A stretch of 64,000 nt of DNA from assembly GCF_018977255.1 (NCBI RefSeq), contig NW_024704742.1, positions 13,890,001 through 13,954,000 on the forward strand, read 5' to 3'. This document shows positions 24,552 through 38,657 of the stretch, one piece after another (position 1 is the stretch's first letter; each line of letters starts with the position of its first letter). Source of the DNA: Callorhinchus milii. Taxonomy: Eukaryota. Both the position numbers and the translations under genes were made by a program. A model generated the notes under the pieces. It had not been told where the DNA came from and did not search any database. It saw only the letters and a list, made by a program, of their open reading frames with translations.

Positions 24552-24702
24552 TTTGGTCACTCAATCTACGACTGTTTGTGGGACACTGCTGTGCACAATT
24601 GGCTGCGCCCACAGATATACAGTCAATTCACTTTACAGTATATTCTGTGAAGTGCTTTGAGAAGTCTAGAAGATATCAAATGCAAGGATTATTATTATTA
24701 TA
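24552..24702 (+). mobile_element. Young SINE 3' half
   Basis: caatctacgactgtttgtgggac..atcaaatgcaaggattattatt. Confidence 0.9.
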
Positions 24703-27469
24703 TAGTTGATGACAGCAACCATTGATGGTCCACATTATACTATTTCCTTTCTTTGGTGCGTGTAGATAATTGCAGAATACCACATTGTATCTAAGAATAA
24801 TTTACTTAAAGTTAGTAAACTAATGCTAAAACTCTGATTTTGTTTCCAAAAATAACCTAAGTGGTGTTTTTCCTAAAAACAAGTCACACACACCAAATAT
24901 AATACATTTCCATTGTTGCCTATGCTCACATTCTTTTGTTTATAAGTCATTCTTTTATTTGAAATACTTTAATACATTAACTTTAAACACACTCTTCTGT
25001 TTATGGGAACACTTTGAGTTCTTTCACTCCAGACAGAATTCAAGCCAGCAAAGAATGAAGTGATCAATATATCATTGTCTTCAGCATATTTTTCTTTAAT
25101 AAAGTCACACTAAAGGCTAAGAGTTTCACCATCGTCCACATGGCAATTGTAGATGTCCGTATTCCAATGATTCTGAAGATAAGAATTGCATAAGCAATGA
25201 AAGATAAACAATGAAAATGACTCTTTGGGGGAAATATTCAAAATATACAGGTTACATAAGTGACATCATGGAGCTACAAGCAGCCCACAGTTAGAAATGA
25301 GGGACATTTCAAAAAAAGTTGTATGATTAATATAAGTCCTTTTGCATCCATTATTACAGTAGTTGAAAAGGATTATTCAGGTTTATATAAGTACAGTTGA
25401 GGTCTATCATGTTTGCAATTTCCTACTCTGATTTGTAAGGACAAGCATTTTTGATCATTCACAAATGCAGAAATTATGCTTCCATGATATTTCATCTTTT
25501 CAATTTCCTTTTTACGGCTAATTCCACCGGAATATTGCTGTGCGCCTAATTTCTGAAGCAATGCCCTGGTAAGACCCAGCAAAGAAAGCTACTGCAATAA
25601 TGAAAAATAATGGAATCAAAATCTTTTGCAACTGTAATATTTGAAGCAGCTCCTTATAATCTTATCATACAACTCAGAGCAGCCCATTGCAATTATGATG
25701 GTAGTCATCAAGAATTCAGGAAAGTCATTTTCCTTTGCCTTACAATAATGCAAAAACAAAACTAGGATATCAAGTGTGAAGCACTACCTAAAAAATCAAT
25801 TTCTTTTTATTTCCGTTGTAGGATCTAAAATGTGAGATTCACACAGGATTTGTAAACAGTGAATCCTGGATATGTTAAGACTAACTCTTTGCAACTCCAT
25901 TTGGATACCAGTCTTATCTTGAACCTCTGTGAATTCACTGTCTAGATGGAGTTCTAGATGAAGGTTGACTTGGGACACATCTGGATGTTCAGTATTTACA
26001 AACCCTTCTGTGAATCTCACAATTCAACCCCCTGTGTTATGGGTTTTTGGGAGCCTGTATGTGCCCAGTTGTCATGGTGGAGCTGGGAATTGGATGAGAC
26101 AAAACACTGCAGAAGCTATGAAGCAAATTGACTGTCAGTCAGTATTTTGATACAAACCTATTGTGACAAATCAAGTACAAGCAATAACATAAAGCCTTGG
26201 TTGGGTATATGAATGCTGGTTCCCAATTTTTACAGCTAGATTTGAAACAGCAGCAGTAGTTTTCTCCCCCTGGATTGAACACGGCAACTAAATGCATTAT
26301 TGGGTAGAAGGATCCAATTAATTGTAGTCTAGCTACATTTTCTAAACCATTTTGTTGAGATATAAATCACACTCAGAGCAGGACTAAATGAGACAAATAA
26401 GGCAGAAAATCCAGCAGTAGGATAGTAACATGGCATATGATCATATTTTGGTGGCCTTTGACCTATCAGAGGAGATCTGGCATAAACAAGAGATTGTAGG
26501 TAAACTGATCATCATCCACCTAATTTCAGAGAATGTCAGTGTCAAATTTAGAAATTCACATACCCGTCTGGCTGATACCAGGTGGCTCATACAGATACAT
26601 TGTACAAACATGGCATCCACAGAAAAGATTGTCAGAACAGCATGATTGATCCTCTAAAGGATAATTTGGATGTATCTTATTATCACACTTTCTTTCATTT
26701 CCTAAAACTTCTGTAACCCAGGAAAAAAAATAAAGGATTGAAATCGATTCACTTCATACAGAGTTCTCCATGTACACTCTTCATGTTTTTTCCTTTGAAA
26801 TCTGTGTCTTTTATCTCACTTTATGTTGTTGATGGATGATGGCTCATCCAACAATAGAGTATCTAATCAATGTGGTTTCTAATTGATTGTGAAAGGATCA
26901 GCATCACATATGATGATGGAGTGTCAAGGTGTGTGATGTGAAGTCTTGAATAGATGTCCTGCAGGGCTCGATTCCTTTGAATCAAAGGATATGTGGCCAA
27001 AATCAAAGAGAGGCAGTTACTTCAATGTCCATCTATCTGAAGATAGATGTTGAAGATAGATGAAGATAATCCTTATTGCTTAGATCCCAGGTCAGTTTTG
27101 TTTCCATTGCTGCTACTGTGTTAGTTGAAATTTGCCTTATTTGTGGACCGTGGTGCAACAATTTATTGTTCTAGGACATTTAGGTGTTTTTCTGAAGGTC
27201 AGTAAATTCACAGACCTCGTAGATCATATTCCCTACTGGTTGGCACATCAACCTGACTTTCCATTATAAATTTTCCAACACCAAATTTTTAAATTTACAG
27301 GCCAGTGCTGAATAAAAGGTGCTCGCTGGTCAAAGTTGGTAAATTTAATGACCTTTGGAAGATCACCCCTATTATGTTCTGCAGAGATGGATCTTTACAT
27401 TCTTTATAGCTTCACATCCATCATTGGATGCATGCAAGCAACAACATGGCTTTTTGATGTAACAGCGCT

Positions 27470-27825
27470 TCACAAGATTACACAAGATCACAGCAGAGAT
27501 TTGTCTGAGGAAGATTCTTGGTCCATTTGATTGATTCCTTCCAAAATATCTTCTCTACCATCCTCCCATTACATCAGCAGGCTGCTTTTTTAAAATGAGT
27601 CCAGTGTCCTGGACTCAACCAACCACCCTACCTGGTAACCTGATCCAGTTAATTACTCTCTGTGGAAATATATACTTCTTGGTGTCTGTCCTCAAATTGC
27701 CCTTTGCAACTCTAAACCTGTGTCCTATTGATCTGCTCTCTCAGTGATCCAAAAGTGTTGTTCTGAGTTTACTTTTTCAATCTCATTTAAAAAGTTATAT
27801 ACCTCTGTGAAGTCTCCTCCTATTT
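27470..27825 (-). mobile_element. Degraded CR1 3' fragment
   Basis: cacaagattacacaagatcac terminal-type repeats; attactctctgtgg; ttatatacctctgtgaagtctcctc (reverse complement of the RGD..EVY region). Confidence 0.6.
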
Positions 27826-29534
27826 TGAAGTTTCAATCACTGACTTCAATACCAGTACGTTGTTCTGTTTGAGCCTTGGGTCTAACCTCTCATTGATAGC
27901 TCCAGTACACCTTCAGTCTGTGGGAGTGATGGACCATTTCTGTGATTTCTCAAATATTAGGGAGTCACTAACTTCTAGAGGTACAGGTGACTCTGTAACT
28001 ATGCTGATATCTGTTAAGGCTGTGGTGAATGATTCTATAGAATCAAAATTGCCATAATCCTAAACTTATTCCATTTCTTAATTAAGGAATAGTGTTAAAA
28101 TGTCTTTTGAACTTCCTTCATCTCCTATTTCTGTTACTGCCCATATCCAGCTGTAAATAGTGTAAGCCACTATCATAGATTCCCAGCATTTAACAGGCTT
28201 GCTCTTTTCAAAATGAGAATGGGCTTTCAGGTGCCATTTTATAGGATATTGATTAGGTTAAGCCATTATCCTGTAAAGCAGCATTGAAAGGTCACAGTTT
28301 GAGATCAAAACTTTAACTTAGTCATTCAAAAAAACTAAGAACCGTCTAACACTATGTAAGCCAGAGGGGCAATTGCTGTCAGTCACACTCGCCTGAGTCC
28401 CTGCCTTATTTTGGACCTTCCTGCATGAATGCACATAATATAACCCAACTATTGAGTTATGCCAATATTCCATGCATCCCTCAATTTAGGACTACTTTGG
28501 GGAATACTAGGGAAAATAGATTAAGACTGATTTTAAGATTGTTGTTTGAAAATCTGATAAAACAATGTTTTACTTTTAAACTAAAGTAAAACATTGTGGT
28601 AGCAGAAATCTATCCCACTGTAGAGTATTACTGCACATGATGATTGCACGTTAAGTTGCTGTGGCTGCCTGAAATATTTGCTGCTTTATTAGAAACTGCA
28701 GTGTTCTTGGCCTTTCGTATCTGCAGATGGTGGCTTTGATGCCTGCCCTGAGATGGCTAATTTGTCTGAGTCAGCAGTGTGTCAGCCATTCGGTACAGAC
28801 AGCTCCACATTTAATTCCTTCAGAGTCCTGGAATTATCGTGCTGAACACATTCATCTCAAACTTCTAATTGAATAGAAAACCACACCTTGATGCTGTAAT
28901 TGTATCAAACAAATAATGAGGTATTAATTGACAATAAATTCCTGTGACAGATAGCTTGAGCATGCAGGACAGGAAGAGGGGGGAGAGCAGCTTTACCAGA
29001 GAGGTCTTTCTTCCTCACACACAATTTTTCCATAACGTAAATACTCATGGCAGCCAGAATCAGCCTGTATTTTCATGATTCCCTTTGCGAATTCTGCTTG
29101 TTTGACCATATAGAAGGGCACTTTTTGAGGTACATTCCTGTGTGAATGATGGTGCAGAATTATTGTGGTGTGATTCTTTAATTAAATAACAAGGGGGTAA
29201 AGTGCTGGCATTTCTTAGCTTTTAGTTTGAAATTGGTTCAAATTTCTAAAGATGCTCTGAAATGATGCTATCACTTTCCACTTTTAATCTTCAAAGTCTT
29301 TCCTATTATATTTCTTTAGGCTTTAATCTAATAATAGCATGCTAAGGTCGCGATAATGTACTCTTAATTGTATCCTTGAATGAGACTTTAATACATTTAG
29401 CTAGGTTTAAGAATGATTGTATATCCTAGATTGGATTATTTTAGATTTTATTTTTGTATAAGACACTATGGTATAATTAGGCAGAAAATGTAAAAGATGA
29501 TGCATCATGTCATGTTAAGAAATCAAATGTATCT

Positions 29535-29830
29535 ACTCTTGCTTCCTGTCTGCTGAAATCATCATTCTTGGTGACTTCAATATCCTCATCAACAGTAGCT
29601 CTGTTTCCCCTCTTCGACCAATCAGACATACACTGAGGCCAACTCCTTTGCTATCTTGAATGACCTTGAACAACTTGTCAATCAGCTGACACACATCTTT
29701 GATTGAGCAAATCTCTTTGCATGTTTCCCTTCTATCCAATGCTATCTGCTGGACTGTATCTATTTCCTCCACTCTGGGCTCTTCTGGCCACTGTGTCATT
29801 TCAGCATCCTGTACAATGTCTTTGAACAAA
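29535..29830 (+). mobile_element. Degraded LINE AP-endonuclease fragment (probably L2)
   Basis: gaaatcatcattcttggtgacttcaatatc translates to EIIILGDFNI, a conserved APE motif; later LEQLVNQLTH-like sequence. Confidence 0.6.
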
Positions 29831-30379
29831 CCACAGCTAGTCATTGAGACCTGACTTGCTTGTCACTGGGGTGTTTTGGGAGATTTTTATGCTGCTTTTC
29901 CCTGTTTCAAATGTTGCTAATACTCATTTAATCCTCTGTCTATGCCACTGAATTGATTAATATTTTTCTACGACAATAACAACTTGCAAGTTATATAGCA
30001 CACTTAATGTGGGTAGCGTCTGGAACGCTTAAATATTGTACTATTATTAAATTCTGATTAGCAATGGAAGGCTTCACTCCACGTTTTAACCCCAGTCATC
30101 AAATCAGTGCTTCTGGTTCAATGCTATCTGATGCTTTACTGTTTCTTACAAAGAGTCTGCCTATTACCCTGGGCGTTTAATTAGTCTGAATCGCCCGAGT
30201 TAATTTTAACTCTGCTCGATTCTGTTTGACCATTGTGACTGCATGAGGTCCTATTTCCACTAAGTTTATTGGGTCCTCCGTTCTCTAAACTCATATCTAT
30301 TCTCAATGATATATGACTTATTTTCTTATATAGACTTGCCCCTGTAAGTTTACAATTTCTCTAACCTCTTCTACCCTCA

Positions 30380-31200
30380 GTCATAAGAACACAGAAAATT
30401 CAGGATTGGAAAGGACCACTGTGGTCCATCTAGTTGGTTTTAAATAAATATTACTTCACTATAGCTCCCATTTATAATAGTAATGATGATGATGATAATA
30501 ATACTAATAAAACAATACCTGCATTTGATGTAGCGCCTTTCATGTCAGGAAGACGTCTGAAAGCAATTCTCAGTATTTTACTTTAAATTGTAGAGAATGT
30601 ATTTTGTACATTTGAATCATTTGCTCAACAGCTGCATAACTTCCTCTTGAATTTTCTAATTCAATCTACCGCTACCTTGGGTAGTCTGTTCCACACACAG
30701 ATTCCCCAATCCCTGTGCAAAACCGTTCAATCTAAACTGACTGTTCACCTTCCATCTTCTCAGCTTGAATCTGTGTCATCTTGTTATAAATGTTTAGGAA
30801 AGCAGGCAACCAGGAACAACAGGAGCAAGCCATTTGGTGGAAGTAATCTTTCACTATTGGCCCTCACAAACCCTTTCAAAATGTTGAACACTTCTATTTT
30901 AAACACTTCTATTAAATGCCTCCTTAAAACTTTCTGCTCCAGGGAATTCCACCAGAATGTTAAGCCCTTTACCATGATTGAATCCTCTGTTCCCTGGTAT
31001 CATTTTAGGGATTCTTCACTACTTTCCTGTAGCTCTGTTATCCTTTTTATAATGATTTCTCCAAAAGTGCTCTAATACGTCAGCTGTGGACGAAACATCT
31101 TGTACAATTTCATCATGACCTTTTTCCTTTGGTATTGAAAGGCTTACACATAAAAGCCCAGTAACCTCGCTGATCTTTTATAGAGTTTTTGATTCTTAAG
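30380..31200 (-). mobile_element. Degraded CR1 with a SINE tail inserted at ~30480-30590
   Basis: Minus-strand translation SLEQKVLRRHLIEVFKI..ILKGF; cataagaacacagaa terminus. Confidence 0.7.
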
Positions 31201-31234
31201 AGACAAATGACATTTTGTCCATCTGTGCCCAAGG

Positions 31235-31838
31235 CTCCTTTTGCTTCCCGTCCTCTCTGCTGCCTTTGACACTGTGGACCACTCTATCACCCTCCACCTC
31301 ACCGAGCCAGTCAGGAACCTAGGTGTCTTGTTTAACCCTCAGCTGTCCTTTCTCTTCCACACTCATACATGCCTTCATTACAACCAGGCTTGACTATGCC
31401 ATTGCCTTGCTTGATGGCCTTCCCAATTCTTCCCTTCACAAGCTGCAGATCATCTAGAACTCTGCAGCTCATGTCCTCTCTCACACCAGACTCCGTGACC
31501 CCATCACACCCACCCTTGCCCGGTTCCACTGGCTCCCCATCCCTCAGAGGATCAAGTTCAACATTTTTGTCCTCACCTTTGAGGTCCTCCATGGCCTTGC
31601 ACCCTCCTACCTCTCCAACCTGCTAACCCATTAACAACCTGTCCACTCCCTCCGCTCAGCAGGATCCGGCCTGCTCCATGTCTCCCGCCTGATCCACCCC
31701 ACCTTGGCGGTCGGGCCTTCAACCTCTCTGTCCCTATGCTCTGGAACTCCATCCCACATTACCTTGTGTATCAATACTGGGATATTCTCCCAACATGAAA
31801 AGCGCTTTATAAATGTAATTTTGTATTATATTGTATTG
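31235..31838 (+). mobile_element. L2 fragment with internal deletions
   Basis: LSAAFDTVDH joined directly to VRNLGV; HAFITTRLDY; HWLP; 3' stem-loop tail. Confidence 0.9.
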
Positions 31839-32699
31839 ACTATCTGATTCAACCATTGCTTTGGGCAGCGAGTTCAAATTGCGTATCACGATTTTGAGCT
31901 CATAGTCACAGTTGCATTTTATCAATCTGTTTATTGTTCAATATGAAATGCAAGGATTATTTTTTCATATTATTGTCCAGTTTAGGCCATATCATTCTAA
32001 GTATCCACTTCTGCTATCTGTTATCATAATCTCTTTCAGGTGCCTTCTCCTTTGAAATTCGCTCATGTTTATTTGCTCATGTTTGTCCTGACTCAAGTTT
32101 GTCCTGTCTCAAGTCTAAACAAATTCTACCTTTGATGAATTCCCATGAATTTATGCTTCTTCAATCATGATTCATTAGCTCTCCTGAACTCTTGACTCTC
32201 TTATAATGTCCACATTAAGCCAAAACGTGAATATTTCTCCTGTATTGGGGACTCTGTTCTAATTCCTCTCTTGCACTTCCTGAGTAGAATGCATTTTGTA
32301 GGTTATTCTTCCCTCATTGTTGGCCTCAATCCTCTCTCTCTCTCTAATGCAACCTTTCTGAATTGTTTTTATTAATAAAGCTTAAGAGGTTCCTCGTACT
32401 TGCTATCCAGATATTGAGGGCTCAAACGAGCACTTGTCAGGTATCAAATAACCAATTCACGGTTATCCTCCTTGGAGGTGGGGGAGTGGGTGGAGGTGAG
32501 TGCGGGCTCTTTGGAACTGAGCTCACACCAACAATGTGACAGACTTTAGCAATGGAATGTCAGAACCAAGTAAACCCTCTATGGTGGTTTCAGTCATCCG
32601 GTTACTGAACCAGGCAGGTCTGCAGTACTCCAGCGCACTGCTGATGATAACCAGCCAGCTTGGTTTATAGGCAGAACTTGGAGGGGTAGGCCAATCACA

Positions 32700-33045
32700 G
32701 GGAGCATGGACTCTTCCCACTCAGCTCCTATTAACCCCGCTAGATGATGCTAGCTGGACTAGTAGTGGGGTGTTTACCATTCTCAATGGTAAGCTATGTG
32801 TTTTTAGCTGGTTAAGCTCCAGTAGTACCCAAATGCATTAGGATCTCCAAACCTTGGCTCTTGCCATCCTCTATCTATTGCTGTCCAGAATGAGGTAAGC
32901 AGGGAGTGTCCCTCCAGGAAGAGAGTGCACATTCAATTCTAAACTTCTGGGGAAGTTTCCATGTGTAGGTAACCTGCATGGAACTCTGTCTGTTTGGATA
33001 CTCTTAAGTATGGTGATGGATTTCCAAATGTGTCAGACACGTGCT
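32700..33045 (+). repeat. Unclassified dispersed repeat, copy 1 (possibly an LTR; strand arbitrary)
   Basis: Colinear with the reverse complement of 45530-45910, e.g. ttttagctggttaa at 32802-32815 versus 45766-45779. Confidence 0.8.
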
Positions 33046-33734
33046 GAAGTCACACAAATAGGAACACCTTCTAGCAACCAGATGTACAAAATACACAGGA
33101 ACTCTACCCACGTTTGAATTACAGTCCAGAGCAGGTATCACTCGATGTTGAGAAATACCCCAAATTAGACCTCAATATTGTGAGATCCATTAAGAGTCAT
33201 TAACAGTGACGGTGAATGGCTATACATGTACTTTTTAAAGTTAAAGATGAATTTTTAAAAAATATTGTTGAGACATCATTTCTAAAGTAAAAGGGAAAAA
33301 CTGAGCATAAAATGTTAGGTCACAAGCCAACATAAGCTGTTCAGAATAATTGGAAATAAAACATGCATATCACTCCTGCCATATTCAAAGCTTTTTAAAC
33401 ATTCAAAGACTATATAATACAATGTTAAGTGACTCTTGCAAGCTAGTTGTTGCAAATCATATTTAATTTATGGAACCATGGTCAATATTTTCACTTTTTG
33501 CTTCTATCAATACAGACCTTAGCTTTGCTTCAGTTATGCAAGTTTTTACAATTGGAAATGCAATGGAGAAATTTGAATCAATTTCTCTGAGGATTCCTGA
33601 ACTCCTGGAATACTTTGGCATTCATTGGTAATCATTTTCTGCTATTGCTTTCTGCTATTCTTCATGTATTAAATTACTGATCTGAGTCTAGTCGTCTGGA
33701 GGGAATGGCATCAAGTGGTGAAGAAAAACGGGAT

Positions 33735-34575
33735 GCAAGGCTCTATTGCTAACACAGTTGAGTTTAGATATGCCAGACTCATATATAATGTATTGTGCTC
33801 TGGTCAGGCTGCACCTAGAGTACTGCATATGGTTCTGGTTACTGTGACATAAGGGGGCTGCCTTGAACCTTGAGGCAGTGCAGATGAGAGCAATGAGTTA
33901 TGAGCATCGATTGGACAAGCTGGGGCTCTACAGTTCTGAGAATTCAGATTGGACCTCATAAAAGTGTATAAAAGTTTAAATGGGATTGAAAATAAACCCA
34001 GAACAATATTTTAGGATGCATCAACAGAGGAACAAGAGGACATAGGTGTAAAGTTGTGGAGTCCTGTAGCTCAGTGGTTAGAGCACTCGCTTTGCAAGTG
34101 AGAGACCTGAATTCAATTCCAGGCAGGGCGAAACCTTGGGCAAGTTTCCTTTCTCCACACGCCTAATAATAATCCCTCCAAAAAACAAAACAATAATAAA
34201 CTGGTCATTTTCAATCCATGACTGTTTGTGGGACATTGCTGTGCACAATTGGCTGCCGTGTTCACCCACAAATATACAGTCAATTCACTTTACAGTATAT
34301 TCTGCGAAGTGCTTTGGGACATCTAGAAGACGTGAAAAGCGCTATATCAAAATGCAAGGATTATTATTAAGGACAATTTCAGGACCGATACCAGGATATT
34401 TTCTTTACTCAGAGAATAATTAATGATGAGAACATGTTGCCAAGGAGGGTGGTTGAGGCCAAGACGCTGGAATCAGCTTGATGCTGTGATGGGAGGACAG
34501 TAGGATGGATATGAAGAAAAAGATCATGTGGGATGAAGAGCCTTCTTCATCGAAACCAATTTTGCAATCTTGTGA
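33735..34575 (+). mobile_element. CR1 3' fragment interrupted by a SINE
   Basis: ctggtcaggctgcacctagagtactgc (LVRLHLEYC); resumes after the SINE with ttctttactcagaga. Confidence 0.75.
34056..34369 (+). mobile_element. Full-length young Deu-SINE ('tctagaaga' tail variant)
   Basis: Same head and body as the 17755 copy; tail gacatctagaagacgtgaaaagcgc. Confidence 0.95.
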
Positions 34576-37500
34576 GGTCTTTCCCCAATTTGAAAGAAAA
34601 TATGATCCTGTAATTTATGAGTTACTTGCAGAGTAAGGTCAATCATAATAGGCCTTGGTAAAGGTTAACAGTTTGGCTACTAGATGTTGAGAGGAGGATT
34701 TAAAGAACGAGCAAAAAGATCTAACGTAATGCACACCAAAGGAGCAAAAATAAAAATCAAAGATTAGAGGTACACATTTATCCCCTCTGTCAAGGTCACA
34801 TTCAAACCCATGTCACAGAATTGATAACGTTTTTATTTCTTGAGAACATCTTTCACCCTCTTTCTGCCTTGTATCCCTCCCTCTCTCTATCTTTCTCTTC
34901 ATCTCCTTCCAAAGCATACTCTTGCTGGTTGACAGTTCTATTGGAACGATTAAGGCTCCAGTACTTTACCCAAATTGGTTGATGTTAATTTGTATGCCCA
35001 AGTTGTGAGTTTCAACACACTATCCTATTAAGGAGAATATTGCTGTTGTTCCCAACCAATTTTTCACCTGATTTCCATCACAGACTCATTGGATAGGAAT
35101 CAGAAGCAGGAACCCCAGCAGATCTTTTCTCTTCCAAGCCCAGGTTCACTGAGGTGATTTGTAACAGCTCAATTCTATCCTGGCAGAGATTGACTAACAT
35201 CCCATAGTAATCCAACCTGAGACCTTTGTGGGTTGTATAGTGCAATGCAACACCAGGATCTGTTTCTGTGGAAGCTTGAAAGGACACATTGAACAGGTAA
35301 AGAGTATAGTTAGGTTGATGCAAGTGCCTCCTGGGTATAATAAATGTAATATTATCTGTCTGTTATGCACTTTTAACATTGTGAATTCTGGAATGAATGT
35401 TCTGCTTAGATATCAATTTTGCACAGCGCAGTGATTGTTAAAAAAAGCATTTGTTGCTTTAGGAAAGATTTTTGAAAAAAATGTACAGTGGTATTTTTGA
35501 TGAAAATATCACAGGAAGATTTTGGAAGGTCACAGCATTTTAAAGGTTAGCTTATATGATGTCCATAACCCTGTAGAGAGCAGAGCTGTGTTTCTGTGCA
35601 CAAATAAGACAAAGAAAGGCTTTTAATATTCACACTATTAGTCCATTGTAAGATCCATTTAGTGCCATTGTATTGTATACATTGAGCACTGTATTTACCT
35701 TATTAATCATTAGGTAAAATAAAGCAATAATACCTGCGCTATGTGAAAAGAAAAGCTATGCATATTTGGAAATCAAAAAGTTCTTTTGATACTCAAGCAG
35801 TTACTTTTTTTTAATGCATTTAGTAAATAGTCTTATTTGGAAGCGTCAGAATGAAAGTGTCCATTTAAAACAGCAGCAAGGGAGAGGTTATTATGTGGGT
35901 TGCTTCTAATGCCAAGGAATTGAGTATTGTACAGACAGGCTCTGATAGGTTCACTTTGGTTGCGTCTGGCAGCAGCCTGTCAGTGTAAATGAAAGTCCTG
36001 CAGTGAAGAGAATTCAAACAGCGAGCAGCATGTAAAAGTTTCCACTGGCCTGGGGGGCGTTATTAGACGCCAGTAAGATACTGCATGCACGATCTTGCCA
36101 GCTGTTAATGTTGGATGAGAGCTGGATGTTTGGAGTGAGAGGGGAAGAAAGCTGCACTTTGAGTTTGCCTTTATTAAATATAACCGGAGGCACCTTTTTA
36201 TACTGAAGGCCTTGACGAGTAAAAAGATCACAAAATCAGATGGCGTCAAGCCAGCAGGGGTGAGTGCATTACCTTCCAGCAATCGACTCTGCATTTTTTT
36301 TAAAAAAAAGGCTTTTACGCTTCTAATCCTTTTGACACTGAGAGAAGACTGAATTCACCACGCACTGAGTGAAAGGTGTGTTGCATTTATTTCGCTTTGG
36401 TTTACTACATTTGAAAAGTTTTGTTTAATGGAATCTGAAGGGCATGGTGCTGTGAGAATAAACTGACCATTATGTTCTGTAACAAGAAAGAAAACTTCCT
36501 GTGCTGTGTGAGACAGTGTATTGGTTGCATTTCTTATTACGTCTTCTATCCCACAGTTCTTAAGTTCTGTTTCTGTGTAATATTCCAGCTGTTTTAAATG
36601 AGATATACGTTACGATAGGTACCAAACAAACAAGGTTCCTATAATTTCATGATTGATGGATTAACCTGGAGCATTTATTTTTAACAGCGCAACTGTTAAC
36701 TTCTGGTCAGTTTTGTTGAAAGTTCATTGATATCTGGGTATTCATCCTTATAAAAGGCCTTTAAGGTAAGCGTACGGATTCTTAAAATAAAATTAAAACA
36801 GTAACAAACTCCAGAAAGTGACTTTACCAAATAATAGACATTTGTGGAAAGAAGAAAGATAGTTTTACTTTTGCTGGAGGTCAACGTAAATCTATAGAGG
36901 TGGGAAGAGAAATGGGAAGACTTGTGTTTTTAATTATGAGGAACTATTGTAATCAGTAACTTAATAGAGCTTCGGAAAATGTTTCAAATGCCTTGGATAA
37001 AAGGAACACATTTTGCCCAGTGTCAAATTGCATAGGTGAGTCTTGCTCATGCTGGAATCATTGGCTGCGTGGTAGGGACATGTACATGCACTTTTAGGTT
37101 TCTCGGGTGTATGCTGGTGCACATGAGATGTATTTAGGATGTAATCAGCTGGTGAACATGGGAAGCTGGTGATTTACAATCGCAGAATATGAAAATGTGT
37201 TTCAATATATAATCCATTCGATATGTAGGGAAGGTTAAGGTTAATATGAGACTCCAGCTACAGTGTTGTTGAAACCAGCTGTTCTACGTGGTGTATAAAA
37301 AGATGCTTCCCTTGATTCCTGCCTTGCTGTCAGTCCTTTGAGGGAGAAGAAAAAGCAGGTGGATTAAAGGAAGGAGTTAACTGTAAATTGTTGGTAGGTA
37401 GATCTAATGCAATGGGATTTGGGTAGCTGTATGAAGCATGGCTGTGAAACATATGAGCAACTGAGGTTTGTTCCTTTGTGGCTATAGAAACAGTATTTAT

Positions 37501-38272
37501 GGCTAAAAGCATGTAATATGCTTTGTGGAGATTTGTTGTTGAGCTTTAATTTCGTTTGCATGAAATGCAGATAGCCAATTCACTTGATAAGCTCAGGCTG
37601 TCTGCTTTAAGATAATTCTCCGGAACAAAAAGATGTCTTTGTGGTCCCAATGAACAATGCTAAAAGGGAGATGAAAGTCCAGAATATTTCTTGTGAAGAA
37701 GGGTTTGTCAAATTGACTTTTTGTCACAAAAGATTGGTTGACAGCAAAATAATATACACCGCATTTCTGCTTTAAGTGTTGTTGAAAGGAATTTTATGGA
37801 AACAGCTCAGGCTGGGGATAACTCGAGCAATATTTTTTTGGGGGTGGTGGGGGGGTGTAAACCTTAAGATGAATGTAAGAAAAGCTGATTGGAGTAAGCA
37901 CGATTTATGCAGAAAGGATCCACCAGTCTTTTTTTAAATGTATATTTTTGTACTGCAGCGTGCCATGTGTTTATTGAGCTTCCATTATACTTCAGCTCCT
38001 AACATACTTAATCCAACAGAAAAAAGGTGCAGTAGATAAAATATTCATGTTATGTAGTCTGCATTTTTAAAGAATGTTCATTCGGGTTGGGACCACTGAT
38101 GTGCTTTGTCTCGGCACGTCAGGAACTGCGCTGACAAACTGCACAATGTAAATTACCTTCATTCATTGCAATGTTCGGGGAGTGGTGGTTGTGTGATCTT
38201 TTCCTTGTCATTGGGTTGGAGGGAAAGCTGTGACATTGATGGAATTGGCCAGGAAGGAGCTGCAGGTGTTTA

Positions 38273-38275
<3 letters not shown>

Positions 38276-38303
<28 letters not shown>
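38276..38303. repeat. (GT)n microsatellite
   Basis: Read directly from the sequence. Confidence 0.97.
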
Positions 38304-38535
38304 CTGCACAGCCCGAAAGCGGTCTCTGCTCTGTGAGAAGACAGTATCAAAGTAAGTCCGTCAATGCGAGGATGTGACAATGAAGGGATCAGCATCGCTG
38401 TATGAGAAGAACACTTCTTATTCTATTGCTGACTCGCCTTCACTTTTCAAAAAAACTACTGAAAGGAATCAGCTGTTAATATGGTATATTAGCCCTAAAG
38501 ATTGTTGTTTTCCGCGCGGTGTCTGTGTGTGGTTT

Positions 38536-38574
<39 letters not shown>
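38536..38574. repeat. (AT)n(GT)n compound microsatellite
   Basis: Read directly from the sequence. Confidence 0.97.
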
Positions 38575-38657
38575 TATTGTGTAATTTCCCGGCGCTGTGT
38601 GTTGTTTCCAGCAGGAGAGAGGCTCAGGTATCCTCACCCGGGAGGTGGCAGCAGCGA

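Noticed and set aside
38612..38627. Possible micro-exon (ttgtttccag|caggagagaggctcag|gtatcc)
   Set aside because: The donor is weak and there is no supporting evidence without transcript data.
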